Shown here: piece after piece, positions 27,900-43,199 of the stretch | Layout: each line of letters starts with the position of its first letter | Position numbering within the stretch: the stretch's first letter is position 1 | Assembly: GCA_964016885.1 (NCBI GenBank) | Contig: OZ024745.1 | Location: 2,046,001-2,110,000, forward strand | DNA from: Eledone cirrhosa | Taxonomy: Eukaryota | Direction of reading: 5' to 3' | Length of the DNA stretch: 64,000 bases | Notes under the pieces: model-generated | Told to the model about the DNA's origin: nothing | What the model saw: only the letters and a program-made list of their open reading frames with translations | Database searches by the model: none | Program-made: the position numbers and the translations under genes

Positions 27900-30800
27900 C
27901 AGTGTGTAACATGTATCAAAGTCCCAGTGTGTTTCTATATAAAGACAGTGTGTAACATGTATTACAGTCCCAGTGTGTTACTATATAGAGACAGTGTGTA
28001 ACATGTGTCACAGTCCCAGTGTGTTTCTATATAGAGACAGTGTGTAACATGTATCACAGTCCCAGTGTGTTTCTATAAATATACAGTGTGTAACATGTGT
28101 CACAGTCCCAGTGTGTTTCTATATAGAGACAGTGTGTAACATGTATCACAGTCCCAGTGTGTTTCTATATAGAGACAGTGTGTAACATGTATTACAGTCC
28201 CAGTGCGTTTCTATATAGAGACAGTGTGTAACATGTATCACAGTCCCAGTGTGTTTCTATATAGAGCCAGTGTGTAACATGTGTTACAGTCGCAGTGTGT
28301 TTCTAATAAATAGACAGTGTGTAACATGTGTCACAGTTCCAGTGTGTTTCTATAAATACACAGTGTGTAACATGTATCACAGTCCCAGTGTGTTTCTATG
28401 TAGAGACAGTGTGTAACATGTATCACAGTCCCAATGTGTTTCTATATAGAAACAGTGTGTAACATGTATCACAGTCCCAGTGTGTTTCTATATAGAGCCA
28501 GTGTGTAACATGTGTCACAGTCGCAGTGTGTTTCTATAAATAGACAGTGTGTAACATGTGTCACATTCCCAGTGCATTTCTATAAACAGACAGTGTGTAA
28601 CATGTATCACAGTCCCAGTGTGTTTATATATAGAGACAGTGTGTAACATGTATCAAAGTCCCAGTGTGTTTCTATATAGAGACAGTGTGTAACATGTATC
28701 AAAGTCCCAGTGTGTTTCTATATAGAGACAGTGTGTAACATGTATCACAGTCCCAGTGTGTTTCTATATAGAGACAGTGTGTAACATGTATCACAGTCCC
28801 AGTATGTTTCTATAAAGAGACAGTGCGTAACATGTACTACAGTCCCAGTGTGTTTCTATAAAGAGACAGTGTGTAACATGTGTCACAGTCCCAGTGTGTT
28901 TCTATAAAGAGACAGTGTGTAACATGTATCAAAGTCCCAGTGTGTTTCTATATAGAGACAGTGTGTAACATGTATCAGAGTCCCAGTGTGTTTCTATATA
29001 AAGACAGTGTGTAACATGTATTACAGTCCCAGTGCGTTTCTATATAGAGACAGTGTGTAACATGTATCACAGACCCAGTGTGTTTCTATATAGAGCCAGT
29101 GTGTAACATGTGTCACAGTCGTAGTGTGTTTCTAATAAATAGACAGTGTGTAACATGTGTCACAGTCCCATTGTGTTTCTATAAATACACAGTGTGTAAC
29201 ATGTATCACAGTCCCAGTGTGTTTCTATATAGAGACAGTGTGTAACATGTATCACAGTCCCAATGTGTTTCTATATAGAGACAGTGTGTAACATGTATCA
29301 CAGTCCCAGTGTGTTTCTATATAGAGCCAGTGTGTAACATGTGTCACAGTCGCAGTGTGTTTCTATAAATAGACAGTGTGTAACATGTGTCACAGTCCCA
29401 GTGCGTTTCTATAAAGAGACAGTGTGTAACATGTATCACAGTCCCAGTGTGTTTATATATAGAGACAGTGTGTAACATGTATCAAAGTCCCAGTGTGTTT
29501 CTATATAGAGACAGTGTGTAACATGTATCACAGTCCCAGTGTGTTTCTATATAGAGACAGTGTGTAACATGTATCACAGTCCCAGTGTGTTTCTATAAAG
29601 AGAGAGTGTGTAACATGTATCACAGTCCCAGTACGTTTCTATAAAGAGACGGTGTGTAACATGTACTACAGTCCCAGTGTGTTTCTATATAGAGACATTG
29701 TGTAACATGTATAAAAGTCCCAGTGTGTTTCTATATAGAGACAGTGTGTAACATGTATCACAGTCCCAGTGTGTTTCTATATAGAGACAGTGTGTAACAT
29801 GTATCACAGTCCCAGTGTGTTTCTATATAAAGACATTGTGTAACATGTATCACAGTCCCAGTGTGTTTCTATAAAGAGACAGTGTGTAACATGTATCAAA
29901 GTCCCAGTGTCTTTCTATAGAGAGAGAGAGTGTGTAACATGTATCAAAATCCCAGTGTGTTTCTATATAGAGACAGTGTGTAACATGTATCACAGTCCCA
30001 GTGTGTTTCTATATAGAGACAGTGTGTAACATGTATTACAGTCCCAGTGTGTTTCTATATAGAGACAGTGTGTAACATGTATCACAGTCCCAGTGTGTTT
30101 CTATAAAGAGACAGTGTGTAACATGTATTACAGTCCCAGTGTGTTTCTATAAAGAAACAGTGTGTAACATGTATCACAGTCCCAGTGTGTTTCTATATAG
30201 AGACAGTGTGTAACATGTATCACAGTCCCAGTGTGTTTCTATAAAGAGACAGTGTGTAACATGTATCAAAGTCCCAGTGTGTTTCTATATAGAGACAGTG
30301 TGTAACATGTATCACAGTCCCAATGTGCTTCTATATAGAGACAGTGTGTAACATGTATCACAGTCCCAGTGAGTTTATATATAGAGACAGTGTGTAACAT
30401 GTATCACAGTCCCAGTGTGTTTCTATAAAGAGACAGTGTGTAACATGTATCACAGTCCCAGTGTGTTTCTATATAGAGACAGTGTGTAACATGTATCACA
30501 GTCCCAGTGCGTTTCTATAAAGAGACAGTGTGTAACATGTATCACAGTCCCAGTGTGTTTATATATAGAGACAGTGTGTAACATGTATCAAAGTCCCAGT
30601 GTGTTTCTATATAGAGACAGTGTGTAACATGTATCACAGTCCCAGTGTGTTTCTATATATAGACAGTGTGTAACATGTATCACAGTCCCAGTGTGTTTCT
30701 ATATAGAGCCAGTGTGTAACATGTATTACAGTCCCAGTCTGTTTCTATAAAGAGACAGTGTGTAACATGTGTCACAGTCCCAGTGTGTTTCTTTATAGAG

Positions 30801-33800
30801 ACAGTGTGTAAAATGTATCAAAGTCCCAGTGTGTTTCTATATAGAGACAGTGTGTAACATGTATTACAGTCCCAGTGTGTTTCTATAAAGAGACAGTGTG
30901 TAACATGTGTCACAGTCCCAGTGTGTTTCTATATAGAGACAGTGTGTAACATGTATTACAGTCCCAGTGTGTTTCTATATAGAGACAGTGTGTAACATGT
31001 ATCACAGTCCCAGTGTGTTTCTATAGAGAGAGAGTGTGTAACATGTATCAAAGTCCCAGTGTGTTTCTATATAGAGACAGTGTGTAACATGTATCAAAGT
31101 CCCAGTGTGCTTCTATATAGAGACAGTGTGTAACATGTATCACAGTCCCAGTGTGTTTCTATATAGAGACAGTGTGTAACATGTATCACAGTCCCAGTGT
31201 GTTTCTATAAAGAGACAGTGTGTAACATGTATCAAAGTCCCAGTGTGTTTCTATAGAGAGAGAGTGTGTAACATGTATCAAAGTCCCAGTGTGTTTCTAT
31301 ATAGAGACAGTGTGTAACATGTATCACAGTCCCAGTGTGTTTCTATATAGAGACAGTGTGTAACATGTATCACAGTCCCAGTGTGTTTCTATAAAGAGAC
31401 AGTGTGTAACATGTATCAAAGTCCCAGTGTGTTTCTATATAGAGACAGTGTGTAACATGTATCAAAGTCCCAGTGTGTTTCTATATAGAGACAGTGTGTA
31501 ACATGTATCAAAGTCCCAGTGTGTTTCTATATAGAGACAGTGTGTAACATGTATCAAAGTCCCAGTGTGTTTCTATATAGAGACAGTGTGTAACATGTAT
31601 CACAGTCCCAGTGTGTTTCTATATAGAGACAGTGTGTAACATGTATCACAGTCCCAGTGTGTTTCTATATAGCGACATTGTGTAACATGTATCACAGTCC
31701 CAGTGTGTTTCTATAAAGAGACAGTGTGTAACATGTATCACAGTCCCAGTGTGTTTCTATAAAGAGACAGTGTGTAACATGTATCAAAGTCCCAGTGTGT
31801 TTCTATATAGAGACAGTGTGTAACATGTATCACAGTCCAAATGTGTTTCTATATAGAGACAGTGTGTAACATGTATCACAGTCCCAGTCTGTTTATATAT
31901 AGAGACAGTGTGTAACATGTATCACAGTCCCAGTGTGTTTCTATAAAGAGACAGTGTGTAACATGTATCACAGTCCCAGTGTGTTTCTATATAGAGACAG
32001 TGTGTAACATGTATCACAGTCCCAGTGCGCTTCTATAAAGAGACAGTGTGTAACATGTATCACTGTCCCAGTGTGTTTATATATAGAGACAGTGTGTTAC
32101 ATGTATCAAAGTCCCAGTGTGTTTCTATATAGAGACAGTGTGTAACATGTATCACAGTCCCAGTGTGTTTCTATATAGAGCCAGTGTGTAACATGTATTA
32201 CAGTCCCAGTGTGTTTCTATAAAGAGACAGTGTGTAACATGTGTCACAGTCCCAGTGTGTTTCTATATAGAGACAGTGTGTAACATGTATCAAAGTCCCA
32301 GTGTGTTTCTATATAGAGACAGTGTGTAACATGTATTACAGTCCCAGTGTGTTTCTATAAAGAGACAGTGTGTAACATGTGTCACAGTCCCAGTGTGTTT
32401 CTATATAGAGACAGAGTGCAACATGTATTACAGTCCTAGTGTGTTTCTATATAGAGACAGTGTGTAACATGTATCACAGTCCCAGTGTGTTTCTATATAG
32501 AGACAGTGTGTAACATGTATCAAAGTCCCAGTGTGTTTCTATATAGAGACAGTGTAACATGTATCAAAGTCCCAGTGTGTTTCTATATAGAGACAGTCTG
32601 TAACATGTATCAAAGTCCCAGTGTGTTTCTATATAGAGACAGTGTGTAACATGTATCACAGTCCCAGTGTGTTTCTATAAAGAGACAGTGTGTAACATGT
32701 ATCAAAGTCCCAGTGTCTTTCTATAGAGAGAGAGAGTGTGTAACATGTATCAAAATCCCAGTGTGTTTCTATATAGAGACAGTGTGTAACATGTATCACA
32801 GTCCCAGTGTGTTTCTATATAGAGACAGTGTGTAACATGTATTACAGTCCCAGTGTGTTTCTATATAGAGACAGTGTGTAACATGTATCACAGTCCCAGT
32901 GTGTTTCTATAAAGAGACAGTGTGTAACATGTATTACAGTCCCAGTGTGTTTCTATAAAGAAACAGTGTGTAACATGTATCACAGTCCCAGCGTATTTCT
33001 ATATAGAGACAGTGTGTAACATGTATCAAAGTCCCAGTGTGTTTCTATATAAAGACAGTGTGTAACATGTATTACAGTCCCAGTGTGTTTCTATATAGAG
33101 ACAGTGTGTAACATGTGTCGCAGTCCCAGTGTGTTTCTATATAGAGACAGTGTGTAACATGTATCAAAGTCCCAGTGTGTTTCTATATAGAGCCAGTGTG
33201 TAACATGTATCACAGTCCCAGTGTGTTTCTATAAATATACAGTGTGTAACATGTGTCACAGTCCCAGTGTGTTTCTATATAGAGACAGGGTGTAACATGT
33301 ATCACAGTCCCAGTGTGTTTCTATATAGAGACAGTGTGTAACATGTATTACAGTCCCAGTGCGTTTCTATATAGAGACAGTGTGTAACATGTATCACAGT
33401 CCCAGTGTGTTTCTATATAGAGCCAGTGTGTAACATGTGTCACAGTCGCAGTGTGTTTCTAATAAATAGACAGTGTGTAACATGTGTCACAGTCCCAGTG
33501 TGTTTCTATAAATACACAGTGTGTAACATGTATCACAGTCCCAGTGTGTTTCTATGTAGAGACAGTGTGTAACATGTATCACAGTCCCAATGTGTTTCTA
33601 TATAGAAACAGTGTGTAACATGTATCACAGTCCCAGTGTGTTTCTATATAGAGCCAGTGTGTAACATGTGTCACAGTCGCAGTGTGTTTCTATAAATAGA
33701 CAGTGTGTAACATGTGTCACATTCCCAGTGCGTTTCTATAAAGAGACAGTGTGTAACATGTATCACAGTCCCAGTGTGTTTATATATAGAGACAGTGTGT

Positions 33801-36800
33801 AACATGTATCAAATTCCCAGTGTGTTTCTATATAGAGACAGTGAGTAACATGTATCAAAGTCCCAGTGTGTTTCTATATAGAGACAGTGTGTAACATGTA
33901 TCACAGTCCCAGTGTGTTTCTATATAGAGACAGTGTGTAACATGTATCAAAGTCCCAGTGAGTTTCTATATAGAGACATTGTGTAACATGTATCAAAGTC
34001 CCAGTGTGTTTCTATATAGAGACAGTGTGTAACATGTATCACAGTCCCAGCGTGTTTCTATATAGAGATATTGTGTAACATGTATCACAGTCCCAGTGTG
34101 TTTCTATAAAGAGACAGTGTGTAACATGTATCACAGTCCCAGTGTGTTTCTATAAACAGACAGTGTGTAACATGTATCAAAGTCCCAGTGTGTTTCTATA
34201 TAGAGACAGTGTGTAACATGTATCACAGTCCCAATGTGTTTCTATATAGAGACAGTGTGTAACATGTATCACAGTCCCAGTGTGTTTATATATAGAGACA
34301 GTGTGTAACATGTATCACAGTCCCAGTGTGTTTCTATAAAGAGACAGTGTGTAACACGTATCACAGTCCCAGTCTGTTTCTATATAGAGACAGTGTGTAA
34401 CATGTATCACAGTCGCAGTGCGTTTCTATAAAGAGACAGTGTGTAACATGTATTACAATCCCAGTGTGTTTCTATAAAGAGACAGTGTGTAACATGTGTC
34501 ACAGTCCCAGTGTGTTTCTATATAGAGACAGTGTGTAACATGTATTACAGTCCCAGTGTGTTTCTATATAGAGACAGTGTGTAAATATGTATCACAGTCC
34601 CAGTGTGTTTCTATATAGAGACAGTGTGTAACATGTATCAAAGTCCCAGTGTGTTTCTATATAGAGACAGTGTGTAACATGTATCAAAGTCCCAGTGTGT
34701 TTCTATATAGAGACAGTGTGTAATATGTATCACAGTCCCAGTGTGTTTCTATATAGAGACAGTGTGTAACATGTATCACAGTCCCAGTGTGTTTCTATAA
34801 AAGACAGTGTGTAACATGTATCAAAGTCCCAGTGTGTTTCTATAGAGAGAGAGTGTGTAACATGTATCAAAGTCCCAGTGTGTTTCTATATAGAGACAGT
34901 GTGTAACATGTATCACAGTCCCAGTGTGTTTCTATATAGAGACAGTGTGTAACATGTATCACAGTCCCAGTGTGTTTCTATATAGAGACAGTGTGTAACA
35001 TGTATCACAGTCCCACTGTGTTTCTATAAAAAGACAGTGTGTAACATGTATCAAAGTCCCAGTATGTTTCTATATAGAGACAGTGTGTAACATGTATCAA
35101 AGTCCCAGTGTGTTTCTATATAGAGACAGTGTGTAACATGTATCAAAGTCCCAGTGTGTTTCTATATAGAGCCAGTGTGTAACATGTATTACAGTCCCAG
35201 TGTGTTTCTATAAAGAGACAGTGTGTAACATGCGTCACAGTCCCAGTGTGTTTCTGTATAGAGACAGTGTGTAACATGTATCAAAGTCCCAGTGTGTTTC
35301 TATATAGAGACAGTGTGTAACATGTATCAAAGTCCCAGAGTGTTTCTATATAGAGACAGTGTGTAACATGTATCACAGTCCCAGTGCGTTTCTATAAAGA
35401 GACAGTGTGTAACATGTATCACAGTCCGAGTGTGTTTATATATAGAGACAGTGTGTAACATGTATCAAAGTCCCAGTGTGTTTCTATATAGAGCCAGTGT
35501 GTAACATGTATTACCGTCCCAGTGTGTTTCTATAAAGAGACAGTGTGTAACATGTGCCACAGTCCCAGTGTGTTTCTTTATAGAGACAGTGTGTAACATG
35601 TATCAAAGTCCCAGTGTGTTTCTATATAGAGACAGTGTGTAACATGTATCACAGTCCCAGTGTGTTTCTATAAAGAGACAGTGTGTAACATGTGTCACAG
35701 TCCCAGTGTGTTTCTATATAGAGACAGTGTGTAACATGTATTACAGTCCCAGTGTGTTTCTATATAGAGACAGTGTGTAACATGTATCACAGTCCCAGTG
35801 TGTTTCTATATAGAGACAGTGTGTAACATGTATCAAAGTCCCAGTGTGTTTCTATATAGAGACAGTGTGTAACATGTATCAAAGTCCCAGTGTGTTTCTA
35901 TATAGAGACAGTGTGTAACATGTATCACAGTCCCAGTGTGTTTCTATATAGAGACAGTGTGTAACATGTATCACAGTCCCAGTGTGTTTCTATAAAGAGA
36001 CAGTGTGTAACATGTATCAAAGTCCCAGTGTGTTTCTATATAGAGACAGTGTGTAACATGTATCACAGTCCCAGTGTGTTTCTATATAGAGACAGTGTGT
36101 AACATGTATCACAGTCCCAGTGTGTTTCTATAAAGAGACAGTGTGTAACATGTATCAAAGTCCCAGTGTGTTTCTATATAGAGACAGTGTGTAACATGTA
36201 TCAAAGTCCCAGTGTGTTTCTATATAGAGACAGTGTGTAACATGTATCACAGTCCCAGTGTGTTTCTATATAGAGACAGTGTGTAACATGTATCACAGTC
36301 CCAGTGTGTTTCTATATAGAGACAGTGTGTAACATGTATCACAGTCCCAATGTGTTTCTATATAGAGACAGTGTGTAACATGTATCACAGTCCCAGTGTG
36401 TTTATATATAGAGACAGTGTGTAACATGTATCACAGTCCCAGTGTGTTTCTATAAAGAAACAGTGTGTAACATGTATTACAGTCCCAGTGTGTTTCTATA
36501 AAGAAACAGTGTGTAACATGTATCACAGTCCCAGTGTGTTTCTATATAGAGACAGTGTGTAACATGTATCAAAGTCCCAGTGTGTTTCTATATAAAGACA
36601 GTGTGTAACATGTATTACAGTCCCAGTGTGTTTCTATATAGAGACAGTGTGTAACATGTGTCGCAGTCCCAGTGTGTTTCTATATAGAGACAGTGTGTAA
36701 CATGTATCAAAGTCCCAGTGTGTTTCTATATAGAGCCAGTGTGTAACATGTATCACAGTCCCAGTGTGTTTCTATAAATATACAGTGTGTAACATGTGTC

Positions 36801-39800
36801 ACAGTCCCAGTGTGTTTCTATATAGAGACAGGGTGTAACATGTATCACAGTCCCAGTGTGTTTCTATATAGAGACAGTGTGTAACATGTATTACAGTCCC
36901 AGTGCGTTTCTATATAGAGACAGTGTGTAACATGTATCACAGTCCCAGTGTGTTTCTATATAGAGCCAGTGTGTAACATGTGTCACAGTCCCAGTGTGTT
37001 TATATATAGAGACAGTGTGTAACATGTATCACAGTCCCAGTGTGTTTCTATAAAGAGACAGTGTGTAACATGTATTACTGTCCCAGTGTGTTTCTATAAA
37101 GAAACAGTGTGTAACATGTATCACAGTCCCAGTGTGTTTCTATATAGAGACAGTGTGTAACATGTATTACAGTCCCAGTGTGTTTCTATATAGAGACAGT
37201 GTGTAACATGTGTCGCAGTCCCAGTGTGTTTCTATATAAAGACAGTGTGTAACATGTATTACAGTCCCAGTGTGTTTCTATATAGAGACAGTGTGTAACA
37301 TGTGTCGCAGTCCCAGTGTGTTTCTATATAGAGACAGTGTGTAACATGTATCAAAGTCCCAGTGTGTTTCTATATAGAGCCAGTGTGTAACATGTATCAC
37401 AGTCCCAGTGTGTTTCTATAAATATACAGTGTGTAACATGTGTCACAGTCCCAGTGTGTTTCTATATAGAGACAGGGTGTAACATGTATCACAGTCCCAG
37501 TGTGTTTCTATATAGAGACAGTGTGTAACATGTATTACAGTCCCAGTGCGTTTCTATATAGAGACAGTGTGTAACATGTATCACAGTCCCAGTGTGTTTC
37601 TATATAGAGCCAGTGTGTAACATGTGTCACAGTCGCAGTGTGTTTCTAATAAATAGACAGTGTGTAACATGTGTCACAGTCCCAGTGTGTTTCTATAAAT
37701 ACACAGTGTGTAACATGTATCACAGTCCCAGTGTGTTTCTATGTAGAGACAGTGTGTAACATGTATCACAGTCCCAATGTGTTTCTATATAGAAACAGTG
37801 TGTAACATGTATCACAGTCCCAGTGTGTTTCTATATAGAGCCAGTGTGTAACATGTGTCACAGTCGCAGTGTGTTTCTATAAATAGACAGTGTGTAACAT
37901 GTGTCACATTCCCAGTGCGTTTCTATAAAGAGACAGTGTGTAACATGTATCACAGTCCCAGTGTGTTTATATATAGAGATATTGTGTAACATGTATCACA
38001 GTCCCAGTGTGTTTCTATAAAGAGACAGTGTGTAACATGTATCACAGTCCCAGTGTGTTTCTATAAACAGACAGTGTGTAACATGTATCAAAGTCCCAGT
38101 GTGTTTCTATATAGAGACAGTGTGTAACATGTATCACAGTCCCAATGTGTTTCTATATAGAGACAGTGTGTAACATGTATCACAGTCCCAGTGTGTTTAT
38201 ATATAGAGACAGTGTGTAACATGTATCACAGTCCCAGTGTGTTTCTATAAAGAGACAGTGTGTAACACGTATCACAGTCCCAGTCTGTTTCTATATAGAG
38301 ACAGTGTGTAACATGTATCACAGTCCCAGTGCGTTTCTATAAAGAGACAGTGTGTAACATGTATTACAATCCCAGTGTGTTTCTATAAAGAGACAGTGTG
38401 TAACATGTGTCACAGTCCCAGTGTGTTTCTATATAGAGACAGTGTGTAACATGTATTACAGTCCCAGTGTGTTTCTATATAGAGACAGTGTGTAACATGT
38501 ATCACAGTCCCAGTGTGTTTCTATATAGAGACAGTGTGTAACATGTATCAAAGTCCCAGTGTGTTTCTATATAGAGACAGTGTGTAACATGTATCAAAGT
38601 CCCAGTGTGTTTCTATATAGAGACAGTGTGTAACATGTATCACAGTCCCAGTGTGTTTCTATATAGAGAGTGTGTGTAACATGTATCACAATCCCAGTGT
38701 GTTTCTATAAAAGACAGTGTGTAACATGTATCAAAGTCCCAGTGTGTTTCTATAGAGAGAGAGTGTGTAACATGTATCAAAGTCCCAGTGTGTTTCTATA
38801 TAGAGACAGTGTGTAACATGTATCACAGTCCCAGTGTGTTTCTATATAGAGACAGTGTGTAACATGTATCACAGTCCCAGTGTGTTTCTATATAGAGACA
38901 GTGTGTAACATGTATCACAGTCCCACTGTGTTTCTATAAAGAGACAGTGTGTAACATGTATCAAAGTCCCAGTGTGTTTCTATATAGAGACAGTGTGTAA
39001 CATGTATCAAAGTCCCAGTGTCTTTCTATATAGAGACAGTGTGTAACATGTATCAAAGTCCCAGTGTGTTTCTATATAGAGCCAGTGTGTAACATGTATT
39101 ACAGTCCCAGTGTGTTTCTATAAAGAGACAGTGTGTAACATGCGTCACAGTCCCAGTGTGTTTCTGTATAGAGACAGTGTGTAACATGTATCAAAGTCCC
39201 AGTGTGTTTCTATATAGAGACAGTGTGTAACATGTATCAAAGTCCCAGAGTGTTTCTATATAGAGACAGTGTGTAACATGTATCACAGTCCCAGTGCGTT
39301 TCTATAAAGAGACAGTGTGTAACATGTATCACAGTCCGAGTGTGTTTATATATAGAGACAGTGTGTAACATGTATCAAAGTCCCAGTGTGTTTCTATATA
39401 GAGACAGTGTGTAACATGTATCACAGTCCCAGTGTGTTTCTATATATAGACAGTGTGTAACATGTATCACAGTCCCAGTGTGTTTCTATATAGAGCCAGT
39501 GTGTAACATGTATTACAGTCCCAGTGTGTTTCTATAAAGAGACAGTGTGTAACATGTGTCACAGTCCCAGTGTGTTTCTTTATAGAGACAGTGTGTAACA
39601 TGTATCAAAGTCCCAGTGGGTTTCTATATAGAGACAGTGTGTAACATGTATCACAGTCCCAGTGTGTTTCTATAAAGAGACAGTGTGTAACTTGTGTCAC
39701 AGTCCCAGTGTGTTTCTATATAGAGACAGTGTGTAACATGTATTACAGTCCCAGTGTGTTTCTATATAGAGACAGTGTGTAACATGTATCACAGTCCCAG

Positions 39801-42450
39801 TGTGTTTCTATATAGAGACAGTGTGTAACATGTATCAAAGTCCCAGTGTGTTTCTATATAGAGACAGTGTGTAACATGTATCAAAGTCCCAGTGTGTTTC
39901 TATATAGAGACAGTGTGTAACATGTATCACAGTTCCAGTGTGTTTCTATATAGAGACAGTGTGTAACATGTATCACAGTCCCAGTGTGTTTCTATAAAGA
40001 GACAGTGTGTAACATGTATCAAAGTCCCAGTGTGTTTCGATATAGAGACAGTGTGTAACATGTATCAAAGTCCCAGTGTGTTTCTATATAGAGACAGTGT
40101 GTAACATGTATCAAAGTCCCAGTGTGTTTCTATATAGAGACAGTGTGTAACATGTATCACAGTCCCAGTGTGTTTCTATATAGAGACAGTGTGTAACATG
40201 TATCACAGTCCCAGTGTGTTTCTATATAGAGACAGTGTGTAACATGTATCACAGTCCCAATGTGTTTCTATATAGAGACAGTGTGTAACATGTATCACAG
40301 TCCCAGTGTGTTTATATATAGAGACAGTGTGTAACATGTATCACAGTCCCAGTGTGTTTCTATAAAGAGACAGTGTGTAACATGTATCACAGTCCCAGTG
40401 TGTTTCTATATAGAGACAGTGTGTAACATGTATCACAGTCCCAGTGCGTTTCTATAAAGAGACAGTGTGTAACATGTATCACAGTCCCAGTGTGTTTATA
40501 TATAGAGACAGTGTGTAACATGTATCAAAGTCCCAGTGTGTTTCTATATAGAGACAGTGTGTAACATGTATCACAGTCCCAGTGTGTTTCTATATATAGA
40601 CAGTGTGTAACATGTATCACAGTCCCAGTGTGTTTCTATATAGAGCCAGTGTGTAACATGTATTACAGTCCCAGTGTGTTTCTATATAGAGACAGTGTGT
40701 AACATGTATCACAGTCCCAGTGTGTTTCTATATAGAGACAGTGTGTAACATGTATCACAGTCCCAGTGTGTTTCTATATAGAGCCAGTGTGTAACATGTA
40801 TTACAGTCCCAGTGTGTTTCTATATAGAGACAGTGTGTAACATGTATCACAGTCCCAGTGTGTTTCTATATAGAGACAGTGTGTAACATGTATCACAGTC
40901 CCAGTGTGTTTCTATATAGAGACAGTGTGTAACATGTATCACAGTCCCAGTGTGTTTCTATATAGAGCCAGTGTGTAACATGTATTACAGTCCCAGTGTG
41001 TTTCTATAAAGAGACAGTGTGTAACATGTGTCACAGTCCCAGTGTGTTTCTTTATAGAGACAGTGTGTAACATGTATCAAAGTCCCAGTGTGTTTCTATA
41101 TAGAGACAGTGTGTAACATGTATCACAGTCCCAGTGTGTTTCTATAAAGAGACAGTGTGTAACATGTGTCACAGTCCCAGTGTGTTTCTATATAGAGACA
41201 GTGTGTAACATGTATCAAAGTCCCAGTGTGTTTCTATATAGAGACAGTGTGTAACATGTATCACAGTCCCAGTGTGTTTCTATATAGAGACAGTGTGTAA
41301 CATGTATCAAAGTCCCAGTGTGTTTCTATATAGAGACAGTGTGTAACATGTATCAAAGTCCCAGTGTGTTTCTATATAGAGACAGTGTGTAACATGTATC
41401 ACAGTTCCAGTGTGATTCTATATAGAGACAGTGTGTAACATGTATCACAGTCCCAGTGTGTTTCTATAAAGAGACAGTGTGTAACATGTATCAAAGTCCC
41501 AGTGTGTTTCTATATAGAGACAGTGTGTAACATGTATCAAAGTCCCAGTGTGTTTCTATATAGAGACAGTGTGTAACATGTATCAAAGTCCCAGTGTGTT
41601 TCTATATAGAGACAGTGTGTAACATGTATCACAGTCCCACTGTGTTTCTATATAGAGACAGTGTGTAACATGTATCACAGTCCCAGTGTGTTTCTATATA
41701 GAGACAGTGTGTAACATGTATCACAGTCCCAATGTGTTTCTATATAGAGACAGTGTGTAACATGTATCACAGTCCCAGTGTGTTTATATATAGAGACAGT
41801 GTGTAACATGTATCACAGTCCCAGTGTGTTTCTATAAAGAGACAGTGTGTAACATGTATCACAGTCCCAGTGTGTTTCTATATAGAGACAGTGTGTAACA
41901 TGTATCACAGTCCCAGTGCGTTTCTATAAAGAGACAGTGTGTAACATGTATCACAGTCCCAGTGTGTTTATATATAGAGACAGTGTGTAACATGTATCAA
42001 AGTCCCAGTGTGTTTCTATATAGAGACAGTGTGTAACATGTATCACAGTCCCAGTGTGTTTCTATATATAGACAGTGTGTAACATGTATCACAGTCCCAG
42101 TGTGTTTCTATATAGAGCCAGTGTGTAACATGTATTACAGTCCCAGTGTGTTTCTATATAGAGACAGTGTGTAACATGTATCACAGTCCCAGTGTGTTTC
42201 TATATAGAGACAGTGTGTAACATGTATCACAGTCCCAGTGTGTTTCTATATAGAGCCAGTGTGTAACATGTATTACAGTCCCAGTGTGTTTCTATATAGA
42301 GACAGTGTGTAACATGTATCACAGTCCCAGTGTGTTTCTATATAGAGACAGTGTGTAACATGTATCACAGTCCCAGTGTGTTTCTATATAGAGACAGTGT
42401 GTAACATGTATCACAGTCCCAGTGTGTTTCTATATAGAGACAGTGTGTAA
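27900..42450. repeat. Higher-order repeat domain 3: patchwork duplications including 85-mer (3910 bp) and 32-mer (1472 bp) offsets
   Basis: TGCGTCAC at 35231/39141 and GTCCGAG at 35424/39334 give offset 3910 = 85x46. AGTTCCAG at 39931/41403 gives 1472 = 32x46. The domain-specific +1 marker TTCTAATAAATAGAC occurs near 28301, 29130, 33457 and 37644. Confidence 0.8.
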
Positions 42451-43199
42451 CATGTATTACAGTCCCAGTGTGTTTCTATATAGAGACAGTGTGTAACATG
42501 TATCACAGTCCCAGTGTGTTTCTATATAGAGACAGTGTGTAACATGTATCAAAGTCCCAGTGTTTTTCTATATAGAGACAGTGTGTAACATGTATCAAAG
42601 TCCCAGTGTGTTTCTATATAGAGACAGTGTGTAACATGTATCACAGTCCCAGTGTGTTTCTATATAGAGACAGTGTGTATCATGCATCACAGTCCCAGTG
42701 TGTTTCTATAAAGAGACAGTGTGTAACATGTATCACAGTCCCAGTGTGTTTCTATATAGAGACAGTGTGTAACATGTATCACAGTCCCAGTGTGTTTCTA
42801 TATAGAGACAGTGTGTAACATGTATCACAGTCCCAGTGTGTTTCTATAAAGAGACAGTGTGTAACATGTATCAAAGTCCCAGTGTGTTTCTATATAGAGA
42901 CAGTGTGTAACATGTATCCAAGTCCCAGTGTGTTTCTATATAGAGACAGTGTGTAACATGTATCACAGTCCCAGTGTGTTTCTATATAGAGACAGTGTGT
43001 AACATGTATCACAGACCCAGTGTGTTTCTATAAAGAGACAGTGTGTAACATGTATCAAAGTCCCAGTGTGTTTCTATATAGAGACAGTGTGTAACATGTA
43101 TCAAAATCCCAGTGTTTTTCTATATAGAGACAGTGTGTAACATGTATCACAGTCCCAGTGTGTTTCTATATAGAGACAGTGTGTAACATGTATCAAAGT

